DNA of 64,000 nt, from positions 17,813 through 81,812 of IMG/VR virus record IMGVR_UViG_3300005578_000001; one strand, written 5' to 3'. The number at the start of each line of letters is the position of its first letter. Within the stretch, counting starts at the first letter, position 1. Positions 51,472 to 61,651 of this stretch are shown piece by piece. A model generated the notes under the pieces. The model did not search any database. It worked only from the letters and a program-made list of their open reading frames with translations, and was not told where the DNA came from. Both the position numbers and the translations under genes were made by a program. This stretch comes from a virus.

Positions 51472-52125
51472 ATGGCCCAGCGTAACTATTTAATCAGCAC
51501 TACAGGGATTTCCACTACCGCATCCGGCACTACTATCGGCTCAGGAAATACGCAATCCTCCACCTTTGTAGTAGCACAGACGCTGGTGCGAACCGGGATT
51601 AATGCGGGTGAGTTTTTAAGTGGCTCACAGGCATGGGCTATCCATTACGTTGTTTCAGCCATGTCTACCCCGTATGAGATGCGGCTGAAGGCGCAGCGGC
51701 GTAATTCGTCCGGCACTATGCAGGCTGAGTCAGGTTTTGGCACGACTCGATCGGCAACCGGAACTTATGACGATAGCCTGACCGCCGATCTCGGCACGTG
51801 GGCTGCTAACGATCAACTCGCCGTCGTCTGGGAACACCGCCGACCTTCGGGCACAGGTAACAAGTCAGCCACGATAGATGCGAATGGCTCTTCATACATT
51901 GATGCGCCAGCAGTCGTCAACACTTCGCTGACGGTCAATAACGCAAGTCATACCCATTCAGCGGGGAATGTGGTTCTAACGCAGGTGCATAGTCTTGTAA
52001 CGGCAAATGCCAGCCACGCTCAGACCAGTGATAGTCCGGCTTTAACATCGATCGAAGCTGTACGTAAGCCTGCTAATTATCTTAGATTTAGGGCAGATGG
52101 AAATCTCTCAGTATGGAGTGAGTAG
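51472..52125 (+). CDS. virion fibre protein with His-repeat and C-terminal KPANY motif
   Basis: Shares its C-terminus with 49987-51471. Confidence 0.7.
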   Translation: MAQRNYLISTTGISTTASGTTIGSGNTQSSTFVVAQTLVRTGINAGEFLSGSQAWAIHYVVSAMSTPYEMRLKAQRRNSSGTMQAESGFGTTRSATGTYDDSLTADLGTWAANDQLAVVWEHRRPSGTGNKSATIDANGSSYIDAPAVVNTSLTVNNASHTHSAGNVVLTQVHSLVTANASHAQTSDSPALTSIEAVRKPANYLRFRADGNLSVWSE

Positions 52126-52809
52126 ATGAGTGCCTTTCTTTCCGCGACCTTTACAGTTGGTACTGACACGGTGTTGGGCTCGTACACCGCTGAGATAGGT
52201 GGGCCGTTTACGCTTCATCCGTCATACACTGGCTCAGTACTAGTCAACGCTTCACTCGATCGTGCTTATCTCAACTCAGCTGCGACTGCGGCTTACTATG
52301 ATAACGGCACATCACCGGGCGCAGACTACGAGGTGCAGCTTGACTTCTTTAGGCTTACCCAGATAGCGACGAATGTAAGCCTGATTCTGGCGTTGGATAC
52401 AAGCGCGGATACGGGCATCTTATTGCGACTCAACGACACAGGCGCAGCGGTGCAATGGGAAGTAATCGATCGGGTAGCCGGATCGAATACGATCCTGAAC
52501 GGTGGCGCAGCAGTAAGTGGCTCCCACATTCCGAGTCTCGGAGGGGCGGGAGTCACGGCGAAACTCGTTCGTACCGGAACCTCTATTACAGTCTTCTTTG
52601 ATGGTGTACAGGATACCGCCTTGAACTGCACGACCGGGATAACCGCTATCGGGAAGGCGGGTATCAGGTGTTCAGGGCAGGGATCGTCCACGACGGGAAT
52701 TCAGATTGACAACCTTTCGGCCACCGGATCGACCGTAGCGCAGGGAAGTATTTCGTTTAGGCCAAATAAATTAAGGCCGCGCATTTTTGCGCCGGGACAC
52801 CCGCGATGA
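52126..52809 (+). CDS. lectin/jelly-roll-like virion protein
   Basis: ADYEVQ..VFFDG..GKAGIR..IDNLSA pattern. Confidence 0.55.
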   Translation: MSAFLSATFTVGTDTVLGSYTAEIGGPFTLHPSYTGSVLVNASLDRAYLNSAATAAYYDNGTSPGADYEVQLDFFRLTQIATNVSLILALDTSADTGILLRLNDTGAAVQWEVIDRVAGSNTILNGGAAVSGSHIPSLGGAGVTAKLVRTGTSITVFFDGVQDTALNCTTGITAIGKAGIRCSGQGSSTTGIQIDNLSATGSTVAQGSISFRPNKLRPRIFAPGHPR

Positions 52810-53783
52810 GTATCAACGCTTTCACTTTTAATCTCCAGCACGGCGAAGGCACTGATGGCGCTACGAATTACCAACGTCAAATTACCGCAATGGCTGGGGC
52901 GGATTTGATTGCTGTGCAGGAGCGTAGTGATCCCGACACAGGCTGGGACACGCCGATGTCGAATGCCGGATTGGCCCAAGCAATTTATCAGCCAAATCAA
53001 ATTGGCGGTGGTGACGGAAACGCGATCTGGTACAAGTCGGGTACGGTTACAGTTTTACAAACATGGGCTGTGCAGTTGTCGGTCGGTGCCCAGACAGGTT
53101 GGAGTGGTACGAACGTAGACAAGTGCGCGGTGATCGCCAAGGTACAGGCTGAAGGGCAGAAGTTCTACTTTGTCGGCACGCATCTGTGTCAGGCGGCGGG
53201 GGCTGATTCCAACGGCGCGATTACTTCCACTATCCGCGAGAATCAGATTAAGACGTTACTAGAATTCATCGATCACAATCTCTTTGGCTTGGATATACTG
53301 ACAGCGGCTGACTTCAACTATGGCATCCCTAACTATCAACTGAACGGCGGTGGATTACAGGAGGATCTCTTCGAGCGAGCGGGCTTTGTTGACCAGTGGC
53401 GGGAAGGGATAGCACGAGGAGTCGCCACTGTTCCGTGGGCCAATCTTGACAGCACAGGCGGCGCTGATATGGTTGTCGGTGAGTCGATCATCACCCACGA
53501 CACGCGCTGGATTGATAGCTTGAAGAAACGCACCGTGAATCACGCGCTCACGTTAACAGGAATCAGGGTTCAAGATATGCGTGTAACCTGTTCGACTTCG
53601 CTGACAGGCTCACCGCTGCGTTGTCCTGATGTTTCTGATCCTAATCTAACAGGTACGGTACTGGACTATGGAGTAAGACCCACGGATCATAATCCAATGG
53701 ATGCGACTTTCAGCGTGAACCAAACAGCAGCCGCTCCGGTGAAACGTACAACCTATTCGTGGATGCCTAATGTGAGTTTATGA
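52806..53783 (+). CDS. endonuclease/exonuclease/phosphatase (EEP) domain protein
   Basis: TFNLQHG, DLIAVQE, GNAI, GTHL, ADFN, WID, TDHNP. Confidence 0.85.
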   Translation: MSINAFTFNLQHGEGTDGATNYQRQITAMAGADLIAVQERSDPDTGWDTPMSNAGLAQAIYQPNQIGGGDGNAIWYKSGTVTVLQTWAVQLSVGAQTGWSGTNVDKCAVIAKVQAEGQKFYFVGTHLCQAAGADSNGAITSTIRENQIKTLLEFIDHNLFGLDILTAADFNYGIPNYQLNGGGLQEDLFERAGFVDQWREGIARGVATVPWANLDSTGGADMVVGESIITHDTRWIDSLKKRTVNHALTLTGIRVQDMRVTCSTSLTGSPLRCPDVSDPNLTGTVLDYGVRPTDHNPMDATFSVNQTAAAPVKRTTYSWMPNVSL

Positions 53784-55315
53784 GTTTCCCCTCGCTTCGC
53801 TCCGGCTCGTTAAATCCGCTCGCTACTGGCGCGGCGGTAGTTATCGATCTGGTCGTTCAGAATGCGACTCACACTCAGACGGCAGAATCCCCAGCCTTAA
53901 CTCAAGTCCATTCTTTAGCGGTTAATAACGCTGCGCACGCTCACACTGCGCAGAATATCGTCCTGACTCAGGCTCACGTGTTAGTAGTTGCAGACGCAAG
54001 TCACACGCACACGGCCCAATCGCCGACACTTACTCAGGTTCATAACCTCACAGTACAGAATGCCACCCACGCCCACTCGGCAGGTAACATAACTCTCACG
54101 CAGGCACATCAGTTAAGTGTCAACAGCGCCGCACACGGGCACTCCGCGGCTAATGTTTCAGTTACTCAAGCACATATACTGGTAGTTGCTGACGCCGTCC
54201 ATTCTCATTCCGCTCAGTCGCCCACACTTACACAGGTTCATGGTCTAGCGGTTCAGGGCGCATCACATTCTCACTCAGCCCAAAGTCCCGTGCTTACACA
54301 AGTACACTCGCTGGTGGTAAACAACGCCAGCCATGCTCATGCCGCGGCCAACATTGCTCTGGCTCAGGTACACGAGTTGGTGGTCCAGTCAGCCGCACAT
54401 GCCCATACAGCGGGAAACGTTGCGCTCGATCAGGCGGCGAATCTCGTGGTGCAGAACGCCAGCCATGCACACAACGCCGGGGGTTTAGTGTTAACTCAAG
54501 TACATGTGCTGGTAGTGAATCCCGCAAGCCACACTCACTCAGCGGATAACGTGACACTAACGCAGGCACATCAACTATCCGTTAACGAAACCACGCACAG
54601 CCATATAGCGCAATCTCTTACTCTTACACAAGTACACAGTCTCACAGTTCAAGACGCAGTTCACGCTCAGGCCGCGGATAGTTTTGCCTTGGGAGGCGAA
54701 GGGGATCTTGCGGTCAACAACAGCGTTCACGGTCATTCAGCGCAGAGCCCCGTTCTTACACAGGCGCATGAACTGGCAGTCAGTAACGCCAGCCATGCTC
54801 ACGTGGCTGATAACGCGGTGATCACGGTCAATACTTCGCTACAGGTTCAGGACACAACTCATGCGCTCGTATCCGACTCGCCAACGTTGACGGGTGTGCA
54901 CATCTTGACCGTCTCAAGTGGTACTCACGCCCACTTGGCTGAGAGTCTACTACTGGGCATTCCCGGTCAACTGGAACCGCGGGCAGGTGTTCACGCGCAC
55001 ACGGCTGAGAGTCCGAATCTGACTCAGGTTCACGAGCTGGTTGTGCAGGGCGCTTCGCACGGCCATACAGCCAACGCACCGGAATTGAATCAGACGCATG
55101 TGCTCAGTATTAGCAGTGGAATCCACGGCTTAACGAGCAGCTCTCCAACCTGTACGCAAGCCCATGTTCTGAGAATTCAAGGCGCAACTCATCCTCACAC
55201 CGCGGAGAACGTCAGGTTTGCAAGAAAATTGCGCACCATAAAGACAGAGACACGTGTTACTATTTCCGACACAGGCACGGGGAGCTTTACTTTAATCACG
55301 AGCAGGCAACATTAA
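53780..55315 (+). CDS. His-rich 22-aa tandem-repeat protein
   Basis: About 20 copies of LTQVHxLxVxxAxHxHxAxxxx. Confidence 0.85.
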   Translation: MSFPSLRSGSLNPLATGAAVVIDLVVQNATHTQTAESPALTQVHSLAVNNAAHAHTAQNIVLTQAHVLVVADASHTHTAQSPTLTQVHNLTVQNATHAHSAGNITLTQAHQLSVNSAAHGHSAANVSVTQAHILVVADAVHSHSAQSPTLTQVHGLAVQGASHSHSAQSPVLTQVHSLVVNNASHAHAAANIALAQVHELVVQSAAHAHTAGNVALDQAANLVVQNASHAHNAGGLVLTQVHVLVVNPASHTHSADNVTLTQAHQLSVNETTHSHIAQSLTLTQVHSLTVQDAVHAQAADSFALGGEGDLAVNNSVHGHSAQSPVLTQAHELAVSNASHAHVADNAVITVNTSLQVQDTTHALVSDSPTLTGVHILTVSSGTHAHLAESLLLGIPGQLEPRAGVHAHTAESPNLTQVHELVVQGASHGHTANAPELNQTHVLSISSGIHGLTSSSPTCTQAHVLRIQGATHPHTAENVRFARKLRTIKTETRVTISDTGTGSFTLITSRQH

Positions 55316-55316
55316 G

Positions 55317-55862
55317 GTGGCCGATATCACCATCAAGCGTGGCAATCTTTCACCGAGCATCATTATGATCGCGCGGGACGCAATTGGCCCGGCAGATTTA
55401 GAAGGCGTGACGGCGGTGTTTCGCATGGTGAATGTACTTAATGGCGTGGCTAAGGTAGACGATGAAACCGCCACGCCAGCACCAGGAATTGCGTTCACTG
55501 CCAGTGGGGCCACGTTGACCGCCGTCGATCACCCACTCAATGACGGTGAATCAGTAACGTTAACTACGACGGGTAATCTGCCCGGCAACCTCTCAACGCA
55601 GAAGGAGTACTTTGTAGTCAACTCGACTCATGACGAGCTTAGCCTTGCACTCGTACAGGGCGGTTCGCCGATTGTTACCGCCAATGCCGGAACGGGGACA
55701 CATACGCTACTGAGTGGGCGCGTCACCTACGACTGGCAGACAGGCGACACTGATACGGCGGGAACATACTACGGTGAGATTCGGACGATGTTGAGTGGGA
55801 AGTTGTTGAGCTATCCGAATACGAGACAGTTATTGATTGAGGTGATTTCAGATCTTGGTTGA
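55317..55862 (+). CDS. BppU-like structural protein
   Basis: ITIKRGNLSP..GRVTYDWQTGDTDTAGTYYGE..YPN. Confidence 0.65.
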   Translation: MADITIKRGNLSPSIIMIARDAIGPADLEGVTAVFRMVNVLNGVAKVDDETATPAPGIAFTASGATLTAVDHPLNDGESVTLTTTGNLPGNLSTQKEYFVVNSTHDELSLALVQGGSPIVTANAGTGTHTLLSGRVTYDWQTGDTDTAGTYYGEIRTMLSGKLLSYPNTRQLLIEVISDLG

Positions 55863-57102
55863 TCCGCTACAGAGCCCAATAGTATCCGGTGGCATCATGC
55901 TACTACTGACGGGAAGCTTGATTGCCCTATGCCGCAAGTTACCGATCTACCTTTGGAAGTGGCTTGTGCGTCGTATTACAATCGTTGTTGATGTTTCAAA
56001 TGACGATCCGCTATTCGCTTGGCTTTCCCTGTGGCTTGCAGAACACCCTTATAGCCTAAAAGCACGTGCGTTAACGGCCACATCTGAGCGGGATGACTAT
56101 GGCCGGACGATGGTCGGTCCTACCCATGATGCTGGCGAACTGCCGCAGGTATTGTTAACCCCCGCTCCCGGCAATCATCTGCTCTGGTACAAGCGTCGCC
56201 TTGTTTGGCTATCGCGGGAACGTAAAGAAACGTCTCCGGGTAAAGAAGATTCCTTTGTGAGTCTCTGGAAACGCGAAGTCTTTACGCTTCGAGTGATCGG
56301 GCGTAGCCAGCAAGCCGCCAAGTCTCTACTCCAAGACGCGCGTGCCGTTGCGCTCAATCGCCGCTCTCGCAAAGTCGAAGTGTTTTCGGCGAGCTATGAC
56401 TATTGGCAGAGAATTGATGAACGCGATCCTCGCCCTCTTTCAAGCGTATTCCTTCCTGATAACTGCGCGGAATTGGTTACGTCCGACATTGAAGCGTTCT
56501 TTGCGAATCAATACTGGTACACGGAGCGTGGCATTCCGTGGCAGCGTCGTTATCTTTTTCACGGTGTACCCGGCTCAGGTAAGACATCACTTATAGTTGC
56601 CCTTGCGGGTCACTTTCGGATGAATCTCTACATTCTCAACCTTGGCAGTCCGTACCTGACGGATGACTCGCTGATGAATCTCCTGTCAAAGGTTCCTGCC
56701 CGCAGCTTTACGTTACTTGAGGATATTGACGCCGCATTTAACCGCCGAGCGAAATCAGATGACGCTAAAAATAAACTGACGTTCAGTGGGCTACTGAATG
56801 CTATTGACGGTGCTGCATCAAAGGACGGGTCAATGATCTTTATGACGACTAACCATAAGGATCAACTGGATCCAGCACTCACCCGCGCTGGACGTGCAGA
56901 TATGCACGTAGAGTTCTATGCGGCCACCGCAGAACAGGCGAACCGGATGTTTCTCGCGTTCTTTCCTGATGCTCAAGGTGCAGACAGCTTTGGTGATAGA
57001 GTCACCGCGCTGGGAATGAGCATGTGTGACGTGCAGAACCATTTAATTGATCACAAGGACTCTTGTGTTCGCGCGCTCAACAGTTTAGTTAAGGCCGCAT
57101 AA
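55855..57102 (+). CDS. BCS1-like membrane AAA+ ATPase
   Basis: N-terminal TM, PAPGNHLLWY, WYTERGIPWQRRYLFHGVPGSGKTS, LLEDID, TFSGLLNAIDG, MTTNH..LDPALTRAGRAD. Confidence 0.9.
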   Translation: MVDPLQSPIVSGGIMLLLTGSLIALCRKLPIYLWKWLVRRITIVVDVSNDDPLFAWLSLWLAEHPYSLKARALTATSERDDYGRTMVGPTHDAGELPQVLLTPAPGNHLLWYKRRLVWLSRERKETSPGKEDSFVSLWKREVFTLRVIGRSQQAAKSLLQDARAVALNRRSRKVEVFSASYDYWQRIDERDPRPLSSVFLPDNCAELVTSDIEAFFANQYWYTERGIPWQRRYLFHGVPGSGKTSLIVALAGHFRMNLYILNLGSPYLTDDSLMNLLSKVPARSFTLLEDIDAAFNRRAKSDDAKNKLTFSGLLNAIDGAASKDGSMIFMTTNHKDQLDPALTRAGRADMHVEFYAATAEQANRMFLAFFPDAQGADSFGDRVTALGMSMCDVQNHLIDHKDSCVRALNSLVKAA

Positions 57103-57556
57103 AAGGAGAGACAGCAATGCCAAACGTAATCGAACTTGAAGATCAAGAGCAGTGTTCATATTGCAAAGAGTGGTATCTGAAACCTGTCAGCTATCACCAC
57201 ACTACTGAAGAGTGCGCGAGGCTTGACGCCGCACTGAAAGAGGACCAGAAGCCTTGCACCGTAAACCCAGATGGGAGCGTGACATGGTAGGCGGAATGGT
57301 AATTACCACAATCGAGGACGGAGATCGTATCTACGTTAACTGTCGGGAACTACTTACCCACAGAGGACGCCCGCAGACATGCGCGATCTACGTTGATCGT
57401 AACTCGGACTCAGTGCAGATTCGACCCGGCGATAAGATCTGGTGGCAAGGTAATCGAGTAATGTGGACGCCTATAGATCGACGTGTAATTGAGAAAGAGA
57501 TTCCTCGTCGAAGTTATTCGGGCGTTTCTTCTCCGCTTGCTAGGAAGCACCTCTAA

Positions 57557-58084
57557 ATGTCTGACGCAACTGACAGAATAGTAGCAATCAAAGCCGTCTC
57601 TGATCTAATTCAGCCTGACGTAGCCCCGACCCTTACAATGGGCGAAGTCGAGCTGGAAGTTGACCGCGCGAAGCTTGCTAACTCATGGACCATCAATACG
57701 AATTATAGCGCTGGAAGTGTGATCGTGGTTGGTAACGGGCATGCGTATCAGGTTGAGCAGGCAGGTACTTCACAGGCGACTGTGGTTAACGTGAACGACT
57801 GGCCCATATATACAGGTTCGTTAATCGGAGATGGTACCAGTAACCCGCAGCTACGCTGGCGTGAAATCGGCACAGCGATGTTCAATCCTCGCATTGCAGG
57901 CGCGGAGTATAACGTCTACGATATAGAACGGGCCGCTAAAGCGCTAGCAAGGATTAAGATGGTTCGTTGCGCTCAATTCATCCAGGATGGAGACGTGAGT
58001 TTTCAGCAAATGTACGATCACTGGAAAGAACAGTGGCAATACTTCAGGCCGTTTCAACGGCAGATTGAGTTGGTGAGGTGCTGA
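57557..58084 (+). CDS. head-tail connector-like protein
   Basis: Position and YDIERAA motif. Confidence 0.55.
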   Translation: MSDATDRIVAIKAVSDLIQPDVAPTLTMGEVELEVDRAKLANSWTINTNYSAGSVIVVGNGHAYQVEQAGTSQATVVNVNDWPIYTGSLIGDGTSNPQLRWREIGTAMFNPRIAGAEYNVYDIERAAKALARIKMVRCAQFIQDGDVSFQQMYDHWKEQWQYFRPFQRQIELVRC

Positions 58085-58301
58085 TTATGTCAGAAGAATA
58101 CATAAAACTATCGATGACGCAGGAACAGGGCTGTGCAAATCCGTACTCAACCGGAGGATTGATACCACATCCCCGATCAATGACCACCTTCCCGTTAAAC
58201 GGAGAAACATATTCCGTCATTGTAGATAAAACCACACATCGAATCCGCTTTCAGGATGAAACGGAGTCGGGTGTTGTGATCGTCATTGAACCTAAGACGT
58301 A

Positions 58302-58688
58302 ATGGATCGATTAACCGCACAGGGTAAAGCCTTCTCCGCCGCACAAGGTGCGATGTACACGGATCGCTGTACTGTCCGGCGCATCTCCAAAGTAAAAGGA
58401 CCGGATATGGGAAATTCGAATAGCGAGACGATTCTCGCGTCCAATGTTCCCTGTCGAATCAGCCCGTCGAGTGCGAATGAGCGAATGGTTGCCGGAGCTG
58501 TTGAGGGTGTCGCGAGTTTCACGGTCAGACTTCCGTTCTGGCAGGGCGATCACCCGATCACGGTAGGCTCAACTTGTCTTCTTGATATTCATGCTCGTGA
58601 AGAAACACCAGCACAAACGCTAGCCGTGATCGCTCCGCTGCCGGGGTCTTCCACGAAGATCGATATGGTGGCGATCAGGCAGTCGTAG
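58302..58688 (+). CDS. head closure/adaptor protein
   Basis: MYTDRCTVRR..VPCRI..VRLP. Confidence 0.65.
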   Translation: MDRLTAQGKAFSAAQGAMYTDRCTVRRISKVKGPDMGNSNSETILASNVPCRISPSSANERMVAGAVEGVASFTVRLPFWQGDHPITVGSTCLLDIHAREETPAQTLAVIAPLPGSSTKIDMVAIRQS

Positions 58689-58854
58689 AACCCCTCAGTA
58701 AAATAGTTTTCAACATTTCACAATCCAGTAGTAGAATAGCAATCGCAACAATTTCGTTAAGACTCGAAAGGATGGAAGCTTAGCGAGTCTTAGGGCTGCC
58801 AGCGGGATCAAGGTTGGCTTCTCTCCTAGCTTGCAGTCTATCTACAGCACGGAC

Positions 58855-59148
58855 ATGGAATTCATAGACCACAGCAAAGAAGTCCGGCAACAAATCCAGC
58901 AACGTCTTGTCGCGGGGCTGAACCGTGGCAACGAGTTCCTAATTACAGAGGCTCAGGGTGCAGCGCCCGTGAAATCGGGCGAGCTACGAGACAGCACTGA
59001 AGTTGTACAGGAGGCTTCAGAGAGCAGCCCGTCAGCTATCGGGGCCTCGAAAGCGCCTTATGCTCACTTGGTAAATCGTCACAATACTCCCTTCTGGACA
59101 CAGGCATGGATCAGGATGAAGGCGCAGTTTGGTGAGTTCTTTAAGTAA
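58855..59148 (+). CDS. HK97 gp10-like tail completion protein
   Basis: APVKSGELRDS..APYA..PF. Confidence 0.7.
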   Translation: MEFIDHSKEVRQQIQQRLVAGLNRGNEFLITEAQGAAPVKSGELRDSTEVVQEASESSPSAIGASKAPYAHLVNRHNTPFWTQAWIRMKAQFGEFFK

Positions 59149-59588
59149 TGGCTGACTTGTTTAATCTCATCAGTACAAGATTAACCGCCGACACCGCTTC
59201 AGGCGGCATGAACGAGCCCGACAACGGCGCAACGGCAGGCTTTCATCGCGGGAAGGCTCCTGAGAACGCTGGTTACGATCGCGTAATCATCAAAGACGTA
59301 ACAGGCTTGCCAGTGCGCACCTTTGAAGCGCCGATTGGGTTACGTGAATTCGTACAATTCATGGTCTATACAATCGATCCCATCAACGGCGGGGAAACAG
59401 GGACAGCCAAGTGCGCACGCCTCGTCAAGCGTCTTATCTCACTGTTTGAGGCTCAGGACGAAGCGATAGGCGACCCTTCCCTGCGAGGCTGTTTCCTTGA
59501 TCGTAAACTGGCAATGGATACAGAGACAGACTCAAGTGGGAGAGATATCTACAGCGCGGGCTGCATATTTGCATTCTGGACGGAGTGA
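59148..59588 (+). CDS. tail terminator-like protein
   Basis: Position and size. Confidence 0.55.
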   Translation: MADLFNLISTRLTADTASGGMNEPDNGATAGFHRGKAPENAGYDRVIIKDVTGLPVRTFEAPIGLREFVQFMVYTIDPINGGETGTAKCARLVKRLISLFEAQDEAIGDPSLRGCFLDRKLAMDTETDSSGRDIYSAGCIFAFWTE

Positions 59589-59778
59589 AAGAGATGAACA
59601 AACCAACCTATCAGGCGGTAGTAGATCTAACTTTCGAGGGGTTTAATCCGCCACTGCGTGTTGAGACAGGCAAGTCAATACCAGACAAAGTACCCCGCTC
59701 TGAGTTGGCGCAACTACTCTCTGACGGTCACATTCGCGAGGTTACGCCAGCAGCGATCAAGGAAAGTGAGGACGATAA

Positions 59779-60510
59779 ATGAACGGCGCAACACTTAGTA
59801 ATAAATCCCGTGTCATGGCGGACCAGTATGATATTTCCCAATTCCTTACAAAGATGACCCCTCAGCGCATGCGCGATATGGCGGATTGTTCAACTCTTGC
59901 TAGTGATTCCCATGAATATACGCCCGTGCTGCGCGGCGGATCGTTCATCCTCGAAGGTCTTTATCGTTCGAATGCTATTGTCGGCACCTCGCTGCATGAC
60001 ATTTTTGCGGCCTTGCCGGATCAGCAAATTATCGTAACGGGTTATCCCGAGACGCGGGTGGTGGGAAAGCCTGCGATGATGATGTATGCGGACGCCCTGA
60101 AGTACGACTTAGATTGCGTGGTATCCGACCTTGTAAAGGCACGTATTGAATGTACGTCGCAAAAGTGGGCCACTGAAATTGGTGTCTCGCTTCACGATCT
60201 AACGGCGGAGACGGGCACAGGCAACGGTACAAGCACAGACAACGGCGTAGCCACGACTAACGGCGGTGTCGGGGTACTACATTGCACTGCAATTGCAGGT
60301 ACGGCCCCGTCAGTGGTAGTACGAATCGAGCACAGCACCAATAACTCAACGTGGGCCACGCTGCTGACGTTTACAGCGGCGGCGACGGCGACGAAGCAGC
60401 GGATCGAGGTGGCCGCTAACACGACGGTTAATCGGTGGTTACGGGAAGTACACACTTTTGGCGGAACGACTTCGTCAATAACTTTTAACTCAGCTTTCGC
60501 AAGGAGATAA
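59779..60510 (+). CDS. tail tube-related structural protein with extra C-terminal domain
   Basis: N-terminal part resembles the following tube gene (MNGA.., P.LRGG). Confidence 0.6.
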   Translation: MNGATLSNKSRVMADQYDISQFLTKMTPQRMRDMADCSTLASDSHEYTPVLRGGSFILEGLYRSNAIVGTSLHDIFAALPDQQIIVTGYPETRVVGKPAMMMYADALKYDLDCVVSDLVKARIECTSQKWATEIGVSLHDLTAETGTGNGTSTDNGVATTNGGVGVLHCTAIAGTAPSVVVRIEHSTNNSTWATLLTFTAAATATKQRIEVAANTTVNRWLREVHTFGGTTSSITFNSAFARR

Positions 60511-60514
60511 AAAC

Positions 60515-60934
60515 ATGAATGGGGCAATAGTAGGTAAGGCGAAATTCAAACTTCACAACGCTTCCGCGGTGTTGACAGACCTCTCGGATTGGCTTGTAAA
60601 AATCTCGGCCCCCAACGCGCGGGACATGCTTAACAGTGACACATTTGACGGTTCCGGCTCGCATGGGTTCACGCCCGGACTGAGGGGCGGGCAAGAATTT
60701 ACGGCGGAGTTTCTCTGGCACACGACCCCATTTGCTGTCTTATCCGGTGTTGATGCTCTGGATAACACCTCGTTGCTTTACGAAACATCCCCGGAGGGTA
60801 CGGCTTCTGGTAAGCCTAAACTATCTGGACAATGTTACCTAAAGGCTTTTAACCCTGACGCCAGCGTGGGAGCTATTGCTACCATGACGGCGACCTTTCA
60901 GCAGACAGGCGCACAAACGTGGGGCACTAATTAA
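60515..60934 (+). CDS. tail tube protein
   Basis: TPGLRGG..PEGTASGKPKLSG..ATFQQTG. Confidence 0.75.
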   Translation: MNGAIVGKAKFKLHNASAVLTDLSDWLVKISAPNARDMLNSDTFDGSGSHGFTPGLRGGQEFTAEFLWHTTPFAVLSGVDALDNTSLLYETSPEGTASGKPKLSGQCYLKAFNPDASVGAIATMTATFQQTGAQTWGTN

Positions 60935-60959
60935 CTCTTAGCCGGAGAGCCAACAAACA

Positions 60960-61436
60960 ATGAGTGAAGTAGAGACTGCGCCCAGCAATGGTCACGCGGA
61001 AACCTTTAGCGTCGGGGCGATACTGGATCTGGCAGTGCCGTTTGAGTTTCCTTTCGAGGGGCAGGTGCTTAAAGGTCGCTGGTACAAGTACAAGACCACC
61101 ACACGAGAGTACATCAAGGCGCGGGTTACTGAGCGCAACGATCAATTAACTCGTTATCGAGACCTGCAAACACAAATTGAAACGTTAGCAGATGACGATA
61201 CCCGCATCGTCGCCATGACCGCGGAGTGTGAGCAATTGGAAGAGGCGGTCCAGCGAACCAACTATAGCTGGCTGACGGATGCGATTATCGAGTGGAATGC
61301 CGTAGGCCGTGACCAGCGACTCATTCCGATTACGGCAGCGTCATTTGCTGAGATTCCGGTTCCGTTTCTGGTAGCACTGGACCAGTTTCTGGTCGATTCA
61401 AGGACGGACAAAAACCCTACCTCGTCGGGCTCGTAG
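60960..61436 (+). CDS. tail assembly chaperone (G)
   Basis: IIEWN motif; KNP end between the tube and tape measure genes. Confidence 0.75.
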   Translation: MSEVETAPSNGHAETFSVGAILDLAVPFEFPFEGQVLKGRWYKYKTTTREYIKARVTERNDQLTRYRDLQTQIETLADDDTRIVAMTAECEQLEEAVQRTNYSWLTDAIIEWNAVGRDQRLIPITAASFAEIPVPFLVALDQFLVDSRTDKNPTSSGS

Positions 61437-61651
61437 AATTCCTGTTATCAAAAGGCGAGTCCGGCGAATGTCCCGACTTCTATTATCCATTCAAACAGGC
61501 TCAGGGAGTAGCACAGCTAATGAATTGCTCGGTTCAGGAAGCTTACAAGCTAGCTAAAGATGAGCCTGAGACATTCGAGCATGTGCTGCTGATCGCGCGG
61601 GCGGAAAACATTGTCGAGACACAGTTAAGGAAAGAGCACGCACGTGGCTAA
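61412..61651 (+). CDS. -1 frameshift extension of the chaperone (GT)
   Basis: AAAAAC at 61410-61415; -1 frame open to TAA at 61649-61651. Confidence 0.65.
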   Translation, partial: KPYLVGLVEFLLSKGESGECPDFYYPFKQAQGVAQLMNCSVQEAYKLAKDEPETFEHVLLIARAENIVETQLRKEHARG

